DNA of 64,000 nt. Source: Bacteroidota bacterium (lineage in GTDB: Bacteria > Bacteroidota > Bacteroidia > SXHM01). The stretch lies in NCBI GenBank assembly GCA_947478465.1, contig CANJWH010000001.1, positions 27,447-91,446 of the forward strand, read 5' to 3'. The notes beneath the pieces are model-generated. The model worked only from the letters and a program-made list of their open reading frames with translations. It was not told the DNA's origin and ran no database searches. Shown one piece after another: positions 1 through 9,574 of this stretch (its first letter is position 1; each line of letters begins with the position of its first letter). The translations under genes and the position numbers were made by a program.

Positions 1-44
1 CGGATTTGAATAAGTAGCTGTCAGCAGGAGAATGAAAAACGAAT

Positions 45-52
45 TATCTTTG
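45..52 (+). promoter_or_regulatory. Candidate Bacteroidota sigma-A -7 box (TATCTTTG) upstream of the TA pair
   Basis: Exact TAnnTTTG match 23 bp upstream of the ATG at 75; the same TATCTTTG octamer recurs at lepA and mnmG. Confidence 0.35.
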
Positions 53-74
53 TTTCAGTAAAATATTAATCAAA

Positions 75-329
75 ATGGGAACTACAGAAATAAGAACTGA
101 AGTGGAAAACTTTATAAAAAAAGCTGACAACCGGTTTTTAAAAATGGTTCATGCCATGGCACTAGCCTATTCTAATAAAGAAATTGTTGCCTACACAACT
201 GACGGAATTCCCCTGACCAAAAAGGCTTTTATTAAAGAAATGGAAGAAGCAGAAAAAGAAGTAAAAGCAAACAGGGTGTTGACAACAAAGGAGCTTAAAA
301 AGCGAATCAACACTTGGAAAAAAGGTTGA
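75..329 (+). CDS. Small 84-aa protein, putative antitoxin partner of the downstream ParE-like toxin
   Basis: ORF overlaps the toxin ORF by 16 bp (coupled arrangement). It has charged, helical composition and no recognised family motif. Confidence 0.4.
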   Translation: MGTTEIRTEVENFIKKADNRFLKMVHAMALAYSNKEIVAYTTDGIPLTKKAFIKEMEEAEKEVKANRVLTTKELKKRINTWKKG

Positions 330-607
330 AAGTAAAGTGGACAGAGAAGTCTTTGTCCGCCCTGCAATCTGTATATGATTTTTATTCCGTAAAATCAGTT
401 GATGCTGCCAATCGTGTGATTGATGATATTATTGAAACAGCTGAATCCATAACCTTTCCGGAACAATATCAGGAAGACGAAATACTTCCGCAATACAGGC
501 GAATGATTGTGCGCCACTACAAAATTCTGTATCAGGTTCATTCAAATGTGGTTTACATTATGAATGTTTTTGATACGCGCCAGAGCCCGATGAAGATTAT
601 TAAGTAA
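314..607 (+). CDS. Type II toxin-antitoxin RelE/ParE-family toxin
   Basis: 97 aa. C-terminal ...RHYKILYQVHSNVVYIMNVFDTRQSP matches the ParE/RelE fold signature (IxYRV...VxIlrVxhxRq). Confidence 0.6.
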   Translation: MEKRLKVKWTEKSLSALQSVYDFYSVKSVDAANRVIDDIIETAESITFPEQYQEDEILPQYRRMIVRHYKILYQVHSNVVYIMNVFDTRQSPMKIIK

Positions 608-2026
608 TTACGCGTTATAAATAAACCTCCACGGTTTGGCTTGTTCCAGTTCGTAGGCCAGTTCGATTAATCGTTTATCAAAACCATAAGGCGCTGAAAA
701 GTGCACACCTAGAGGCATTCCATCAGAATCAACTCCAAGAGGAAGAGAAATTGCCGGTGCGCCAGTAACATTGTTCAGTCCTGTATAGGATGCAAAATCT
801 ACGGCACGTTTTGAGACCTCTTCATAAGAAAGCTTAGGAGAAAAATAACCAATCTTAGGAGTCTTGTGCGAAAGTACAGGAGACATCAGCACATCGTATT
901 TGTGAAACAATTTTTCTGATTCCAATCCTGTTTTGCGCATGGCACGAATGCTTGCGGGAAGTTTCAGCATATTGGTTCTGAAACGCTCGGCAAGTCCTGT
1001 AGTAAAAGGCTCTAACAAACTGCGGTCAACTTTTGCCTTAAGTGTTAAACGCGACCAGCGCGACATCATGTAGGAAAAGAAACCATAGTAATTGAGAAAA
1101 TGATTTACCATGGTATCAACATCCAGCGGAAAAGGAATTTGTTCCACATGATGTCCAAGAGATTGCAGTAACTGAGCTGTTTCTTTTTGAGTTCTGTAAG
1201 TGTCTTCATCCTGGTTTGCGGTTTTTCCATCAGGAAGATTTTCAAAAAAAGCAATGCGCAGACGCTGCTTTGAAGCTTCTTTCACGTGTCCCAGTTTTGG
1301 GATGCGTGCGTAGCTGTAATATTTTTCTGCTTCGGCATAAAACAAAGCAGTGTCTCGCACGGTGCGGGTGAGCACACCCTGATGAACTAATTGCACAGGC
1401 ATTGCTTCACCGCCATCAACTCCATATAAGCGATGGCGCGAAGGTTTTAAACCCACCAGCCCGCAAATAGCAGCAGGTATGCGGATAGAACCAGCTCCAT
1501 CATTTGCTGAAGCAATTGGCACCACACCACTTGCCACCATAGCTGCAGAACCAGATGAGGAACCGCCAGTGGTATAATCGGTGTTCCAGGGATTGCGGGT
1601 TATTCCCCAGCGTTCGTTCTCGGTGCTGCAAATCAACCCGAATTCGGGAAGAGTTGTTTTTCCGAGGTTTCGCAAACCGGTGGAAAGAAACTGGTTAACA
1701 AATTTGCTGTTGCTCTTAGCCGGTTTTGCTTTTAAAGCCCCCGTTCCTAATTGTGTTGGGTAGCCGGTGATGTTGTCGCTGTCTTTAATAAATGTGGGAA
1801 CACCATGCAAAGCGCCACCGGGTTTTTGGTGGGAACCTTTGCGGGCATCATCGTACATTTTTATTACAATGGCGTTGAGTTCTCCGTTTACTTTTTCTGC
1901 ACGTGCAATAGCCGCTTCTACTGCTTCTTCAACAGAAATAGTTTTTGTGGCAATGGCTTCTGCTATTGCAGTAGCGTCCATTTTACCGAGTGCATCATCT
2001 GTAAATGCACTAATCTTTTTGCCCAT
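608..2026 (-). CDS. Amidase-signature family enzyme (GatA-like amidase)
   Basis: 472 aa. Amidase signature GGSSSGSAAMVASG and Ser-cisSer-Lys context (KDSDNITG). Confidence 0.8.
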   Translation of the reverse strand: MGKKISAFTDDALGKMDATAIAEAIATKTISVEEAVEAAIARAEKVNGELNAIVIKMYDDARKGSHQKPGGALHGVPTFIKDSDNITGYPTQLGTGALKAKPAKSNSKFVNQFLSTGLRNLGKTTLPEFGLICSTENERWGITRNPWNTDYTTGGSSSGSAAMVASGVVPIASANDGAGSIRIPAAICGLVGLKPSRHRLYGVDGGEAMPVQLVHQGVLTRTVRDTALFYAEAEKYYSYARIPKLGHVKEASKQRLRIAFFENLPDGKTANQDEDTYRTQKETAQLLQSLGHHVEQIPFPLDVDTMVNHFLNYYGFFSYMMSRWSRLTLKAKVDRSLLEPFTTGLAERFRTNMLKLPASIRAMRKTGLESEKLFHKYDVLMSPVLSHKTPKIGYFSPKLSYEEVSKRAVDFASYTGLNNVTGAPAISLPLGVDSDGMPLGVHFSAPYGFDKRLIELAYELEQAKPWRFIYNA

Positions 2027-2068
2027 TTTATTTTGTATTTAAATTAGAAGCATCAACTAATGGGCTGG

Positions 2069-2881
2069 TTAAGCCTCCGGTTTTTTTAGCACATAAGCCG
2101 AAACAAAAATGCTGACTTCGTAAAGCACCAACAAAGGTATGGTTACCAAAATCTGGCTGGTAACATCGGGAGGAGTAATGATGGCAGCAATGATGAGCAG
2201 TACGACAATAGCATGTCTGCGATAATGACGCATAAAATCGGGAGTAAGCACACCAATTTTGGTGAGGAAATAAACAAGGATGGGAAGTTCAAACACTACG
2301 CCTGTCATTAAGGTAAGTGTAGTTACCGTACTTATAAAAGAACCAAGGCTGATTTGATTTGCAACCAATGAGCTGACCTGATAAGTACCCAGAAAGTTTA
2401 CCGACATGGGCGTGATTACATAATAGCCAAATAAGACGCCTAGAAAGAAAAGCAGCGAAGTGAAAAAAACAATTCCATTCGCATATTTGCGTTCATGGTT
2501 GTGTAAGCCTGGTTTTATAAACCTCCATAATTCCCAGATAACATAAGGAAAAGCAATTATCATTCCTGCGTAAAGCGAAACCGACATGTGCGTGCTGAAC
2601 TGCCCTGACATATCTATATTGATGAGGGTAAAAGAAAGGTCTTTAATGCAGATGGACTCATCAAGGTGAAGTTTTTCACCTATCCAGCAAAGAAATCTGT
2701 AGGTGGGGAAATCGGCATTTTTAGGAGCAAGAATAAGTTTATCAAAAATAAACTCTTTGTTAAAAAAAGCGATAAGGGCAAAAACAAAAATGGCTGCGGA
2801 ACTGCGCACCAAATGCCAGCGCAACTCTTCAAGATGTTGAAGAAAAGACATTTCGGCCTGCGTTTTTTTCTCGTTAGTCAC
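2069..2881 (-). CDS. tatC: Twin-arginine translocase subunit TatC
   Basis: 270 aa polytopic membrane protein. N-terminal SFLQHLEELRWHLVRS motif typical of TatC. Confidence 0.85.
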   Translation of the reverse strand: MTNEKKTQAEMSFLQHLEELRWHLVRSSAAIFVFALIAFFNKEFIFDKLILAPKNADFPTYRFLCWIGEKLHLDESICIKDLSFTLINIDMSGQFSTHMSVSLYAGMIIAFPYVIWELWRFIKPGLHNHERKYANGIVFFTSLLFFLGVLFGYYVITPMSVNFLGTYQVSSLVANQISLGSFISTVTTLTLMTGVVFELPILVYFLTKIGVLTPDFMRHYRRHAIVVLLIIAAIITPPDVTSQILVTIPLLVLYEVSIFVSAYVLKKPEA

Positions 2882-2978
2882 TTAAAAAATTTGCTGCAAA
2901 GTTGGCAGAATCATCCGAAGTAAAAACTCAAAGGCTGAAATAAATTTCTGCATCACTTTTCCATATCAATATTTTATC

Positions 2979-2986
2979 TAAGTTTG
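2979..2986 (+). promoter_or_regulatory. Candidate -7 box TAAGTTTG for the atp operon
   Basis: TAnnTTTG match 41 bp upstream of the atpB ATG. Confidence 0.35.
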
Positions 2987-3026
2987 CACCCGATTTCAAG
3001 GATTTTTAGCAAGGAAAACGCGCGCA

Positions 3027-4199
3027 ATGCTCAATAATATCAACGGTTTCAGAAGTTTTTTACCCAAAGCAACAGCTTTCTCGCTCGCATTCATTTTTTC
3101 AGCTTTTTTAGCTTTTGCCCACGAAGACGAACACAAAGCCTCAGCGGAAGCTGCTCATGATACTATCGAAACTGTTCAACATGATAGTATTGCAACGGAA
3201 GCACATGCCGAAGCAGAACATCACGGAGAAGAAAAATTTGATGCCGGAAAAATGATCATGGAGCACGTTGCCGATGCACACGACTGGCACTTGTGGGGAC
3301 ACACTTCTATTCCGCTTCCTGTTATTATTTATTCAAGCGAAAAAGGCTTGACTGTTTTCTCTTCTTCAAAATTTAACCACGGTCATGATGATTACAATGG
3401 CTACCGTTTAGAGCACAACACAGTTGTTGCCGTAAATGAAGACGGAACGGTTAACGAAGAATTATCGGCTAATCTCTGGGATATTTCCATCACCAAAAAC
3501 ACTGCATCATTATTCATCAGCCTTTTAATAATGCTGTTTGTTTTTATTTCTGCAGCAAAAGCATACACCCGCAACCCGAACACAGCACCTAAAGGTTTGC
3601 AGGCTATTATTGAGCCTATCATTATTTTTGTTCGTGATGATATTGCAAAGGCAAGCATTGGTCCGAAATACAAAAAATTCATGCCTTTCCTGCTTACTGT
3701 GTTCTTCTTTATCTGGATTAATAATCTGTTGGGGCTTGTTCCTATCTTCCCGGGAGGTGCTAACCTTACAGGAAACATAGCAGTTACATTATCACTTGCT
3801 GTTTTCACATTCATTATTATCCTTATTAACTCAAACAAAAACTACTGGATACACGTTTTTGCAATGCCGGGCGTTCCGGTTTGGGTTCTGTTTCTTTTAA
3901 CACCCATTGAGATATTGGGCGTGTTCCTTCGTCCGTTTGTATTGATGGTCCGACTTTTTGCAAACATGACCGCAGGTCACATTATTGCACTTTCTTTCTT
4001 CAGCCTTATCTTCATTTTCGGTGAAATGAATGTGGTTGCCGGTTACGGAGTTTCCATTTTCTCACTTGCGTTTACATTATTTATGACCTGTCTTGAATTG
4101 CTGGTAGCATTCCTGCAGGCTTACGTTTTTACTCTTCTCTCAGCTATTTACTTCGGCTCGGCTGTAGAAGAGCATCACCATGCCGAAGAACATCACTAA
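3027..4199 (+). CDS. atpB: F0F1 ATP synthase subunit a
   Basis: 390 aa. Conserved RLFANMTAGH motif (essential Arg of subunit a), long N-terminal extension typical of Bacteroidota, multi-TM. Confidence 0.9.
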   Translation: MLNNINGFRSFLPKATAFSLAFIFSAFLAFAHEDEHKASAEAAHDTIETVQHDSIATEAHAEAEHHGEEKFDAGKMIMEHVADAHDWHLWGHTSIPLPVIIYSSEKGLTVFSSSKFNHGHDDYNGYRLEHNTVVAVNEDGTVNEELSANLWDISITKNTASLFISLLIMLFVFISAAKAYTRNPNTAPKGLQAIIEPIIIFVRDDIAKASIGPKYKKFMPFLLTVFFFIWINNLLGLVPIFPGGANLTGNIAVTLSLAVFTFIIILINSNKNYWIHVFAMPGVPVWVLFLLTPIEILGVFLRPFVLMVRLFANMTAGHIIALSFFSLIFIFGEMNVVAGYGVSIFSLAFTLFMTCLELLVAFLQAYVFTLLSAIYFGSAVEEHHHAEEHH

Positions 4200-4499
<300 letters not shown>

Positions 4500-4510
4500 G
4501 CATGAAGAAT

Positions 4511-4545
4511 AAAACAAGAACCAACGGTTGGTTGGTTCTTGTTTT
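4511..4545 (+). terminator. Perfect 15-bp stem / 5-nt loop hairpin followed by T-run between atpE and atpF (intra-operon attenuator or partial terminator)
   Basis: aaaacaagaaccaac-ggttg-gttggttcttgtttt then ttaaccc, read directly from the sequence. Confidence 0.55.
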
Positions 4546-4546
4546 T

Positions 4547-4575
4547 AACCCTTCGACTAAGCTCAGGGTGACAAT
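4547..4575. repeat. Dispersed repeat family B copy (ACCCTTCGACTAAGCTCAGGGTGACAAT)
   Basis: Near-identical 28-mer recurs at 27127-27154. Confidence 0.55.
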
Positions 4576-4609
4576 GATTAAACAATTGAAACAAAAAATA
4601 TAAAACAAA

Positions 4610-5104
4610 ATGGAATTAGTAAAACCGGCATTCGGACTTATCTTTTGGATGTTCGTTTCATTTGCGCTCATCCTTTTCCTGCTGAAAAAATTTGCATGGA
4701 AACCAATTCTTGAAATGCTGGATGAACGTGAAAAAACAATTTCTGATGCGCTGAACTCAGCACAAAAAGCAAAAGAAGAAATGACTGCGCTGCGAGCGGG
4801 TAACGAAAAACTTTTGCAGGAAGCACGCAACGAAAGAGACAACCTTTTGAAAGAAGCGCGTGAAGCAAAAGAAATGATCATTAACGAAGCCAAAACAAAA
4901 GCAACGGAGGCATCGGATAAAATCCTTGCTTCGGCACGTGAGAATATCAGCAACGAGAAAATGGCAGCTATTACCGAGTTGAAAAACTACGTAGCTACTT
5001 TGAGTATTGAGATTGCTGAGAAAGTATTGAAACAGGAACTTGCTGACCCTAACAAACAGAAAGAACTTGTTCAGACTTTATTGAAAGATACCAAAATGAA
5101 CTAA
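4610..5104 (+). CDS. atpF: F0F1 ATP synthase subunit b
   Basis: 164 aa. Single N-terminal TM then long charged coiled coil; position within the atp operon. Confidence 0.85.
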   Translation: MELVKPAFGLIFWMFVSFALILFLLKKFAWKPILEMLDEREKTISDALNSAQKAKEEMTALRAGNEKLLQEARNERDNLLKEAREAKEMIINEAKTKATEASDKILASARENISNEKMAAITELKNYVATLSIEIAEKVLKQELADPNKQKELVQTLLKDTKMN

Positions 5105-5108
5105 GAAG

Positions 5109-5666
5109 ATGGCAGAGCCAAGAATAGCCCACCGATACGCAAAATCACTGATTGACCTTGCACGCGAGCAAAAGTCGCTTGATGCTGTTTTTGCTGATAT
5201 GGAGCTTGTTCTTAAAGCAATTAATGAAAGCAGAGACTTCAGCGTATTGCTGAAAAGCCCGGTAATAAGTACTGATAAGAAATTAGCAATTCTGAAAGAG
5301 ATTTTTTCAGCGAAAGTGAACACAGTCAGTCTGAGTTTTTTGGTGTTGCTTACCAACAAAAAACGCGAGAAATATATTCATGAAATTGCTTCTTCATTTG
5401 TAGCACAATACAAAGCAGACAAAGGAATTAAGATTGCGGAAGTAAGCACACCGGTTGCGCTTTCAGAAGAAGCGAAAAAGAAAATTCTGGAAATTGTTAT
5501 CGGAAAAACAGGATTAAAAGTAGAACTGGTTGAGAAAATTAAACCTGAACTTATTGGTGGTTTTATTTTGCGTGTTGACGACAATCAAATAGATACAAGT
5601 ATTTCAACTCAGATTAATTTACTGAAACGTGATTTCAGTAAGAATTTATACGTTAAAGATTTTTAA
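5109..5666 (+). CDS. atpH: F0F1 ATP synthase subunit delta
   Basis: 185 aa. OSCP-like sequence (RYAKSLIDLAREQ...), operon position. Confidence 0.85.
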   Translation: MAEPRIAHRYAKSLIDLAREQKSLDAVFADMELVLKAINESRDFSVLLKSPVISTDKKLAILKEIFSAKVNTVSLSFLVLLTNKKREKYIHEIASSFVAQYKADKGIKIAEVSTPVALSEEAKKKILEIVIGKTGLKVELVEKIKPELIGGFILRVDDNQIDTSISTQINLLKRDFSKNLYVKDF

Positions 5667-5678
5667 ATAAAAAATAAA

Positions 5679-7256
5679 ATGGCAGAAATTAAACCAGCAG
5701 AGATTTCGGGAATTCTTAGGCAGCAACTTGCCGGATTCAAAAACGAAACCGAATTACAGGAAGTAGGAAGTGTATTACAGGTAGGTGATGGTATCGCTCG
5801 TATCTACGGACTTTCAAACGTGCAGTCGGGTGAGTTGATTGAGTTTGAAAACGGATTGCGTGCAATCGTTCTTAACTTAGAGGAAGATAACGTTGGGGCA
5901 GTATTGCTTGGTTCTTCAGCAGGTATCCGTGAGGGTTCTGTTGCAAAACGTACCGGCAAAATTGCTTCTATCAATGTAGGTGAAGGAATGTTGGGTCGTG
6001 TGGTTGATACCTTAGGTCTTCCTATTGACGGTAAAGGTCCAATCAAAGGTGTTACTTACGAAATGCCTTTGGAAAGAAAAGCTCCGGGAGTAATCTTCCG
6101 TCAGCCGGTAAATGAGCCTTTGCAAACAGGTATCAAAGCAATTGATGCGATGATCCCTATCGGGCGCGGACAGCGTGAGTTGATCATCGGTGACCGTCAG
6201 ACTGGTAAAACTGCTGTTGCGATTGACACCATCATCAACCAAAAAGAATTTTACGAAAAGGGTGAGCCTGTATTTTGCATTTATGTAGCGGTTGGACAAA
6301 AAGGTTCTACTGTTGCCAATATTGCAAAAACACTGGAAGAGAACGGAGCAATGCCATATACAGTAATTGTATCGGCTACCGCTTCTGACCCTGCACCACT
6401 TCAGTTCTATGCACCATTTGCAGGAGCTGCTATCGGTGAGTTTTTCCGTGATACCGGAAAACCTGCTCTGATTGTTTATGACGATTTATCTAAACAGGCT
6501 GTGGCTTACCGTGAGGTGTCGCTTCTGTTGCGCAGACCACCGGGGCGTGAGGCTTATCCTGGTGACGTATTCTATCTGCACAGCCGCTTACTGGAGCGTG
6601 CCGCTAAGGTGAACGCTTCTGACGAGATTGCAAAGAACATGAATGACCTTCCTGATTCAATCAAAGGAATGGTTAAAGGAGGAGGTTCTTTAACTGCTCT
6701 TCCTATTATTGAAACACAAGCGGGTGACGTATCTGCATATATCCCAACCAACGTAATTTCTATTACTGACGGACAGATATTCCTTGAATCAAATCTCTTC
6801 AACTCAGGTGTGCGTCCGGCTATTAACGTAGGTATCTCGGTATCTCGCGTGGGTGGTAATGCCCAGATTAAATCTATGAAGAAAGTTGCGGGAACGTTGA
6901 AACTTGACCAGGCACAATACCGTGAGCTGGAAGCGTTCTCTAAGTTCGGTTCTGACTTAGATGCTGCTACCAAAGCGGTTCTTGACAAAGGTTCACGTAA
7001 CGTGGAGATTTTGAAACAAGGACAGTTTTCACCACTTCGTGTGGAGCAACAGGTTGCTATTCTTTACATCGGAACAAAAGGATTATTGAGAAGCGTTCCT
7101 GTAAACAAAGTAAGAGATTTTGAAAAAGATTTCCTGAACCTTATGGAAGTAAAACACAAAGATGTGCTGAATGATTTGAAAGCAGGGAAACTGACGGACG
7201 AAATCACAAATACAATTGAAAAAGTTGCTGCTGAATTAACAGGAAAGTATAAATAA
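5679..7256 (+). CDS. atpA: F0F1 ATP synthase subunit alpha
   Basis: 525 aa. Walker A GDRQTGKT, highly conserved alpha-subunit sequence. Confidence 0.95.
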   Translation: MAEIKPAEISGILRQQLAGFKNETELQEVGSVLQVGDGIARIYGLSNVQSGELIEFENGLRAIVLNLEEDNVGAVLLGSSAGIREGSVAKRTGKIASINVGEGMLGRVVDTLGLPIDGKGPIKGVTYEMPLERKAPGVIFRQPVNEPLQTGIKAIDAMIPIGRGQRELIIGDRQTGKTAVAIDTIINQKEFYEKGEPVFCIYVAVGQKGSTVANIAKTLEENGAMPYTVIVSATASDPAPLQFYAPFAGAAIGEFFRDTGKPALIVYDDLSKQAVAYREVSLLLRRPPGREAYPGDVFYLHSRLLERAAKVNASDEIAKNMNDLPDSIKGMVKGGGSLTALPIIETQAGDVSAYIPTNVISITDGQIFLESNLFNSGVRPAINVGISVSRVGGNAQIKSMKKVAGTLKLDQAQYRELEAFSKFGSDLDAATKAVLDKGSRNVEILKQGQFSPLRVEQQVAILYIGTKGLLRSVPVNKVRDFEKDFLNLMEVKHKDVLNDLKAGKLTDEITNTIEKVAAELTGKYK

Positions 7257-7263
7257 GGTTAAT

Positions 7264-7299
7264 CGTTATTCGTTATAGGGCTTTACGATAACGAATAAC
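7264..7299. terminator. Hairpin built from CGTTATTCGTTAT / ATAACGAATAAC arms (repeat family C) between atpA and atpG
   Basis: Arms cgttattcgttat (7264-7276) and ataacgaataaca (7287-7299) are complementary in 12 of 13 positions. Member of the ATTCGT-repeat family. Confidence 0.45.
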
Positions 7300-7316
7300 A
7301 AATAACTCAAAAGAGA

Positions 7317-8198
7317 ATGGCTAATTTAAAAGAGGTAAGGAATCGCATAACATCTGTAAGCAGTACGCAACAGATTACCAGCGCCATGAAAATGGTGAGT
7401 GCATCTAAATTGCGCAGGGCGCAGGATGCCATCCAGCGCATGAGACCTTATGCTTCCAAACTGAAAGAAATTCTGCAGAACCTGAGTGCATCATTGGACA
7501 GTTCTTCGGGTGGCGGTTTTTCAAAAGAGCGTGAGGTAAAGAATGTATTGTTTGTGGTTATTAACTCAAACCGCGGATTGTGCGGGGCTTTTAACAGCAA
7601 TGCCATAAAACTCACCAACAACATCATAAACGAGAAATATGCAAGCCAGAAAGCTGCGGGAGGAATTCACATTCTTACCATAGGAAAAAAGGCCACAGAC
7701 TATTTCAAGAAAACATACACACTGGCATCTTCACACAATGAAGTGTATGACAATTTAAAGTTTGACACTGTTGCCCCAATTGCAGAAAAAATTATGGCTG
7801 ATTTTGCAGCCGGTAAATATGACCGTGTTGAGGTGGTTTACAACCAGTTTAAAAACGCTGCGGTTCAAATTGTTACTTCGGAGCAATTCCTTCCTGTAAA
7901 ATCAGAAGCAGTTGCCGGAAGCGCAAAAGCAAAAAGTGTTGACTACATTTTTGAGCCAAACAAAGAAGAGATTGTAGAAGATCTTATTCCTAAATCGCTG
8001 AAAATTCAGCTTTATAAAGCAGTGCTTGATTCAAATGCATCTGAACACGGAGCTCGTATGACCTCGATGCACAAAGCAACCGACAACGCAAAAGAACTGT
8101 TGAAAGCTCTTAAACTGAGCTACAACAAAGCGCGTCAGGCAGCCATTACCAATGAGATATTGGAGATTGGTGGCGGTGCGGCAGCGTTGGAAGGGTAG
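7317..8198 (+). CDS. atpG: F0F1 ATP synthase subunit gamma
   Basis: 293 aa. N-terminal MANLKEVRNRITSVSSTQQITSAMKMVSASKLRRAQ is a canonical gamma subunit start. Confidence 0.9.
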   Translation: MANLKEVRNRITSVSSTQQITSAMKMVSASKLRRAQDAIQRMRPYASKLKEILQNLSASLDSSSGGGFSKEREVKNVLFVVINSNRGLCGAFNSNAIKLTNNIINEKYASQKAAGGIHILTIGKKATDYFKKTYTLASSHNEVYDNLKFDTVAPIAEKIMADFAAGKYDRVEVVYNQFKNAAVQIVTSEQFLPVKSEAVAGSAKAKSVDYIFEPNKEEIVEDLIPKSLKIQLYKAVLDSNASEHGARMTSMHKATDNAKELLKALKLSYNKARQAAITNEILEIGGGAAALEG

Positions 8199-8206
8199 TC
8201 GCTTGT

Positions 8207-8294
8207 CATTGCGAGCGTAGCGAAGCAATCTCATATTAAAATGAAGTAGCTCCATCAGGAGATTGCTTCGGTCGTTCCTCCCTCGCAATGACGG
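8207..8294. repeat. Long imperfect palindromic intergenic element (GTCATTGCGAGCGTAGCGAAGCAATCTC ... GAGATTGCTTCGGTCGTTCCTCCCTCGCAATGAC)
   Basis: 12-bp and 11-bp perfectly complementary segments flank a bulge. It produces the spurious ORF 8031..8288 (RGRNDRSNL / RYARNDKR peptides). Confidence 0.6.
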
Positions 8295-8331
8295 GCAAAT
8301 TTCCTAAGTTTGTTTTTCATTTCATTCTTTC

Positions 8332-9219
8332 ATGGAAGAAAAACTCCAGCGCATTTATGATTTTGTAGGTCCGGGATTGTATGTGGTAGCTATTACCAGT
8401 ATGATTACAGAAGGAATTGTGCTGCGCTGGATGAAAGAGAATGCCGATGTGAAACATGGCATTGTCAGCATGGTTTCCGGTCTGTTTGCATTCGGCAGCA
8501 TTGCCGTGGCGCAGGTGCTTTACAACTTTGCCATCATCAGTCTGTGTTGGCAATACCGTGTTTTTACGTTGGGTTTTGAGTGGTATGTGTGGGTAGCCTG
8601 TTTCCTGTTATATGACTTTATGTTTTACTGGCTGCACCGGTGGTCGCACGAGGTGAGGTTGCTGTGGTGCATACACAGCGTGCACCATACCAGCGAGGAG
8701 ATGCGCCTTACCTCCGGAATACGCGGAAGTATGTTTGATTTTGTGCTTTCGCCTGTGTTTTTTATCTGGATGCCGCTGCTGGGGTTTCATCCCATGCTGT
8801 TTCTGATTACCGAAACCATTTCAAAGTTGTGGGGATTGTTTGAGCACGTGAATATCCGATTTGTAAACCGCTTGCCGGTGTTGGATAAAATTCTGATCAC
8901 TCCTTCCGTGCATCGTGTACATCATGGCAAGGAAATAAAATATCTCGATACCAATTATTCAGAAATGTTTTTGTTTTGGGACCATTTGTTTGGCACCTAC
9001 ACACCCGAACAAGAATTGCCAACATATGGTGTTTTAAAGGGCACAGACCCTCGTAACTTCAGCGAGAGCCAGTTCGGATCGTTTCGCGATCTTTGGAGCG
9101 ATTTAAAGCGTTCTCCTTCGCTTGCGGTTAAGTTGAAGTATCTGTTCCTTCCTCCGGGCTGGAGCCATGATGGGGAAGACAGGAGAACGAAGACCTTGAA
9201 ACGTGCTTTATCAGCTTAG
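8332..9219 (+). CDS. Sterol desaturase / fatty-acid hydroxylase superfamily membrane protein
   Basis: 295 aa. Histidine boxes HRWSHE, HSVHH and HRVHHG on a multi-TM scaffold. Confidence 0.75.
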   Translation: MEEKLQRIYDFVGPGLYVVAITSMITEGIVLRWMKENADVKHGIVSMVSGLFAFGSIAVAQVLYNFAIISLCWQYRVFTLGFEWYVWVACFLLYDFMFYWLHRWSHEVRLLWCIHSVHHTSEEMRLTSGIRGSMFDFVLSPVFFIWMPLLGFHPMLFLITETISKLWGLFEHVNIRFVNRLPVLDKILITPSVHRVHHGKEIKYLDTNYSEMFLFWDHLFGTYTPEQELPTYGVLKGTDPRNFSESQFGSFRDLWSDLKRSPSLAVKLKYLFLPPGWSHDGEDRRTKTLKRALSA

Positions 9220-9261
9220 TAACACACAGCTCCGTAAAGCCGCTGCAGCGATTAAAGCTAA

Positions 9262-9545
9262 CTCCACAGCACTCCGTACATATTTTTAGTGCCGTAAACT
9301 TACTATTAGGAATTCTAACGTTAACGCCAGAATACTCCGTACATTTTTTATACTGTGTGAAGAATAGACCATATAGTTACGTACATATATTAAGCTCTGT
9401 GATGTATATATTACGGAACTACGTACATATATACAATCCTAAAACTGTTGTTTCCATTATCGTATTCTAAACGCGCATTACTTCCGTACATATATTTTAA
9501 GCTATAAAGCAACATTCTTAATATTCCGTACATATTTTATATATA
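9262..9545. repeat. Array of at least 6 direct copies (plus 1 inverted copy) of (A/T)CCGTACATAT(A/T)TTT in a 355-bp intergenic region
   Basis: Copies start near 9274, 9337, 9379, 9423, 9484 and 9526 (spacings 63/42/44/61/42 bp, about multiples of 21). An inverted copy lies at 9400-9420. Confidence 0.6.
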
Positions 9546-9574
9546 TTCGCAGGCATGTTTTCAATATAAACACT

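Noticed and set aside
8031-8288. 85-aa ORF on the minus strand after atpG
   Set aside because: It is encoded entirely by the palindromic repeat element (RGRNDRSNL / RYARNDKR peptides). This is a classic repeat-derived false ORF.
9262-9545. Possible CRISPR array (regularly spaced repeats)
   Set aside because: The repeat core is only ~10-17 bp and spacers are irregular (25-50 bp). One copy is inverted, and there are no cas genes. It fits a binding-site array, not CRISPR.
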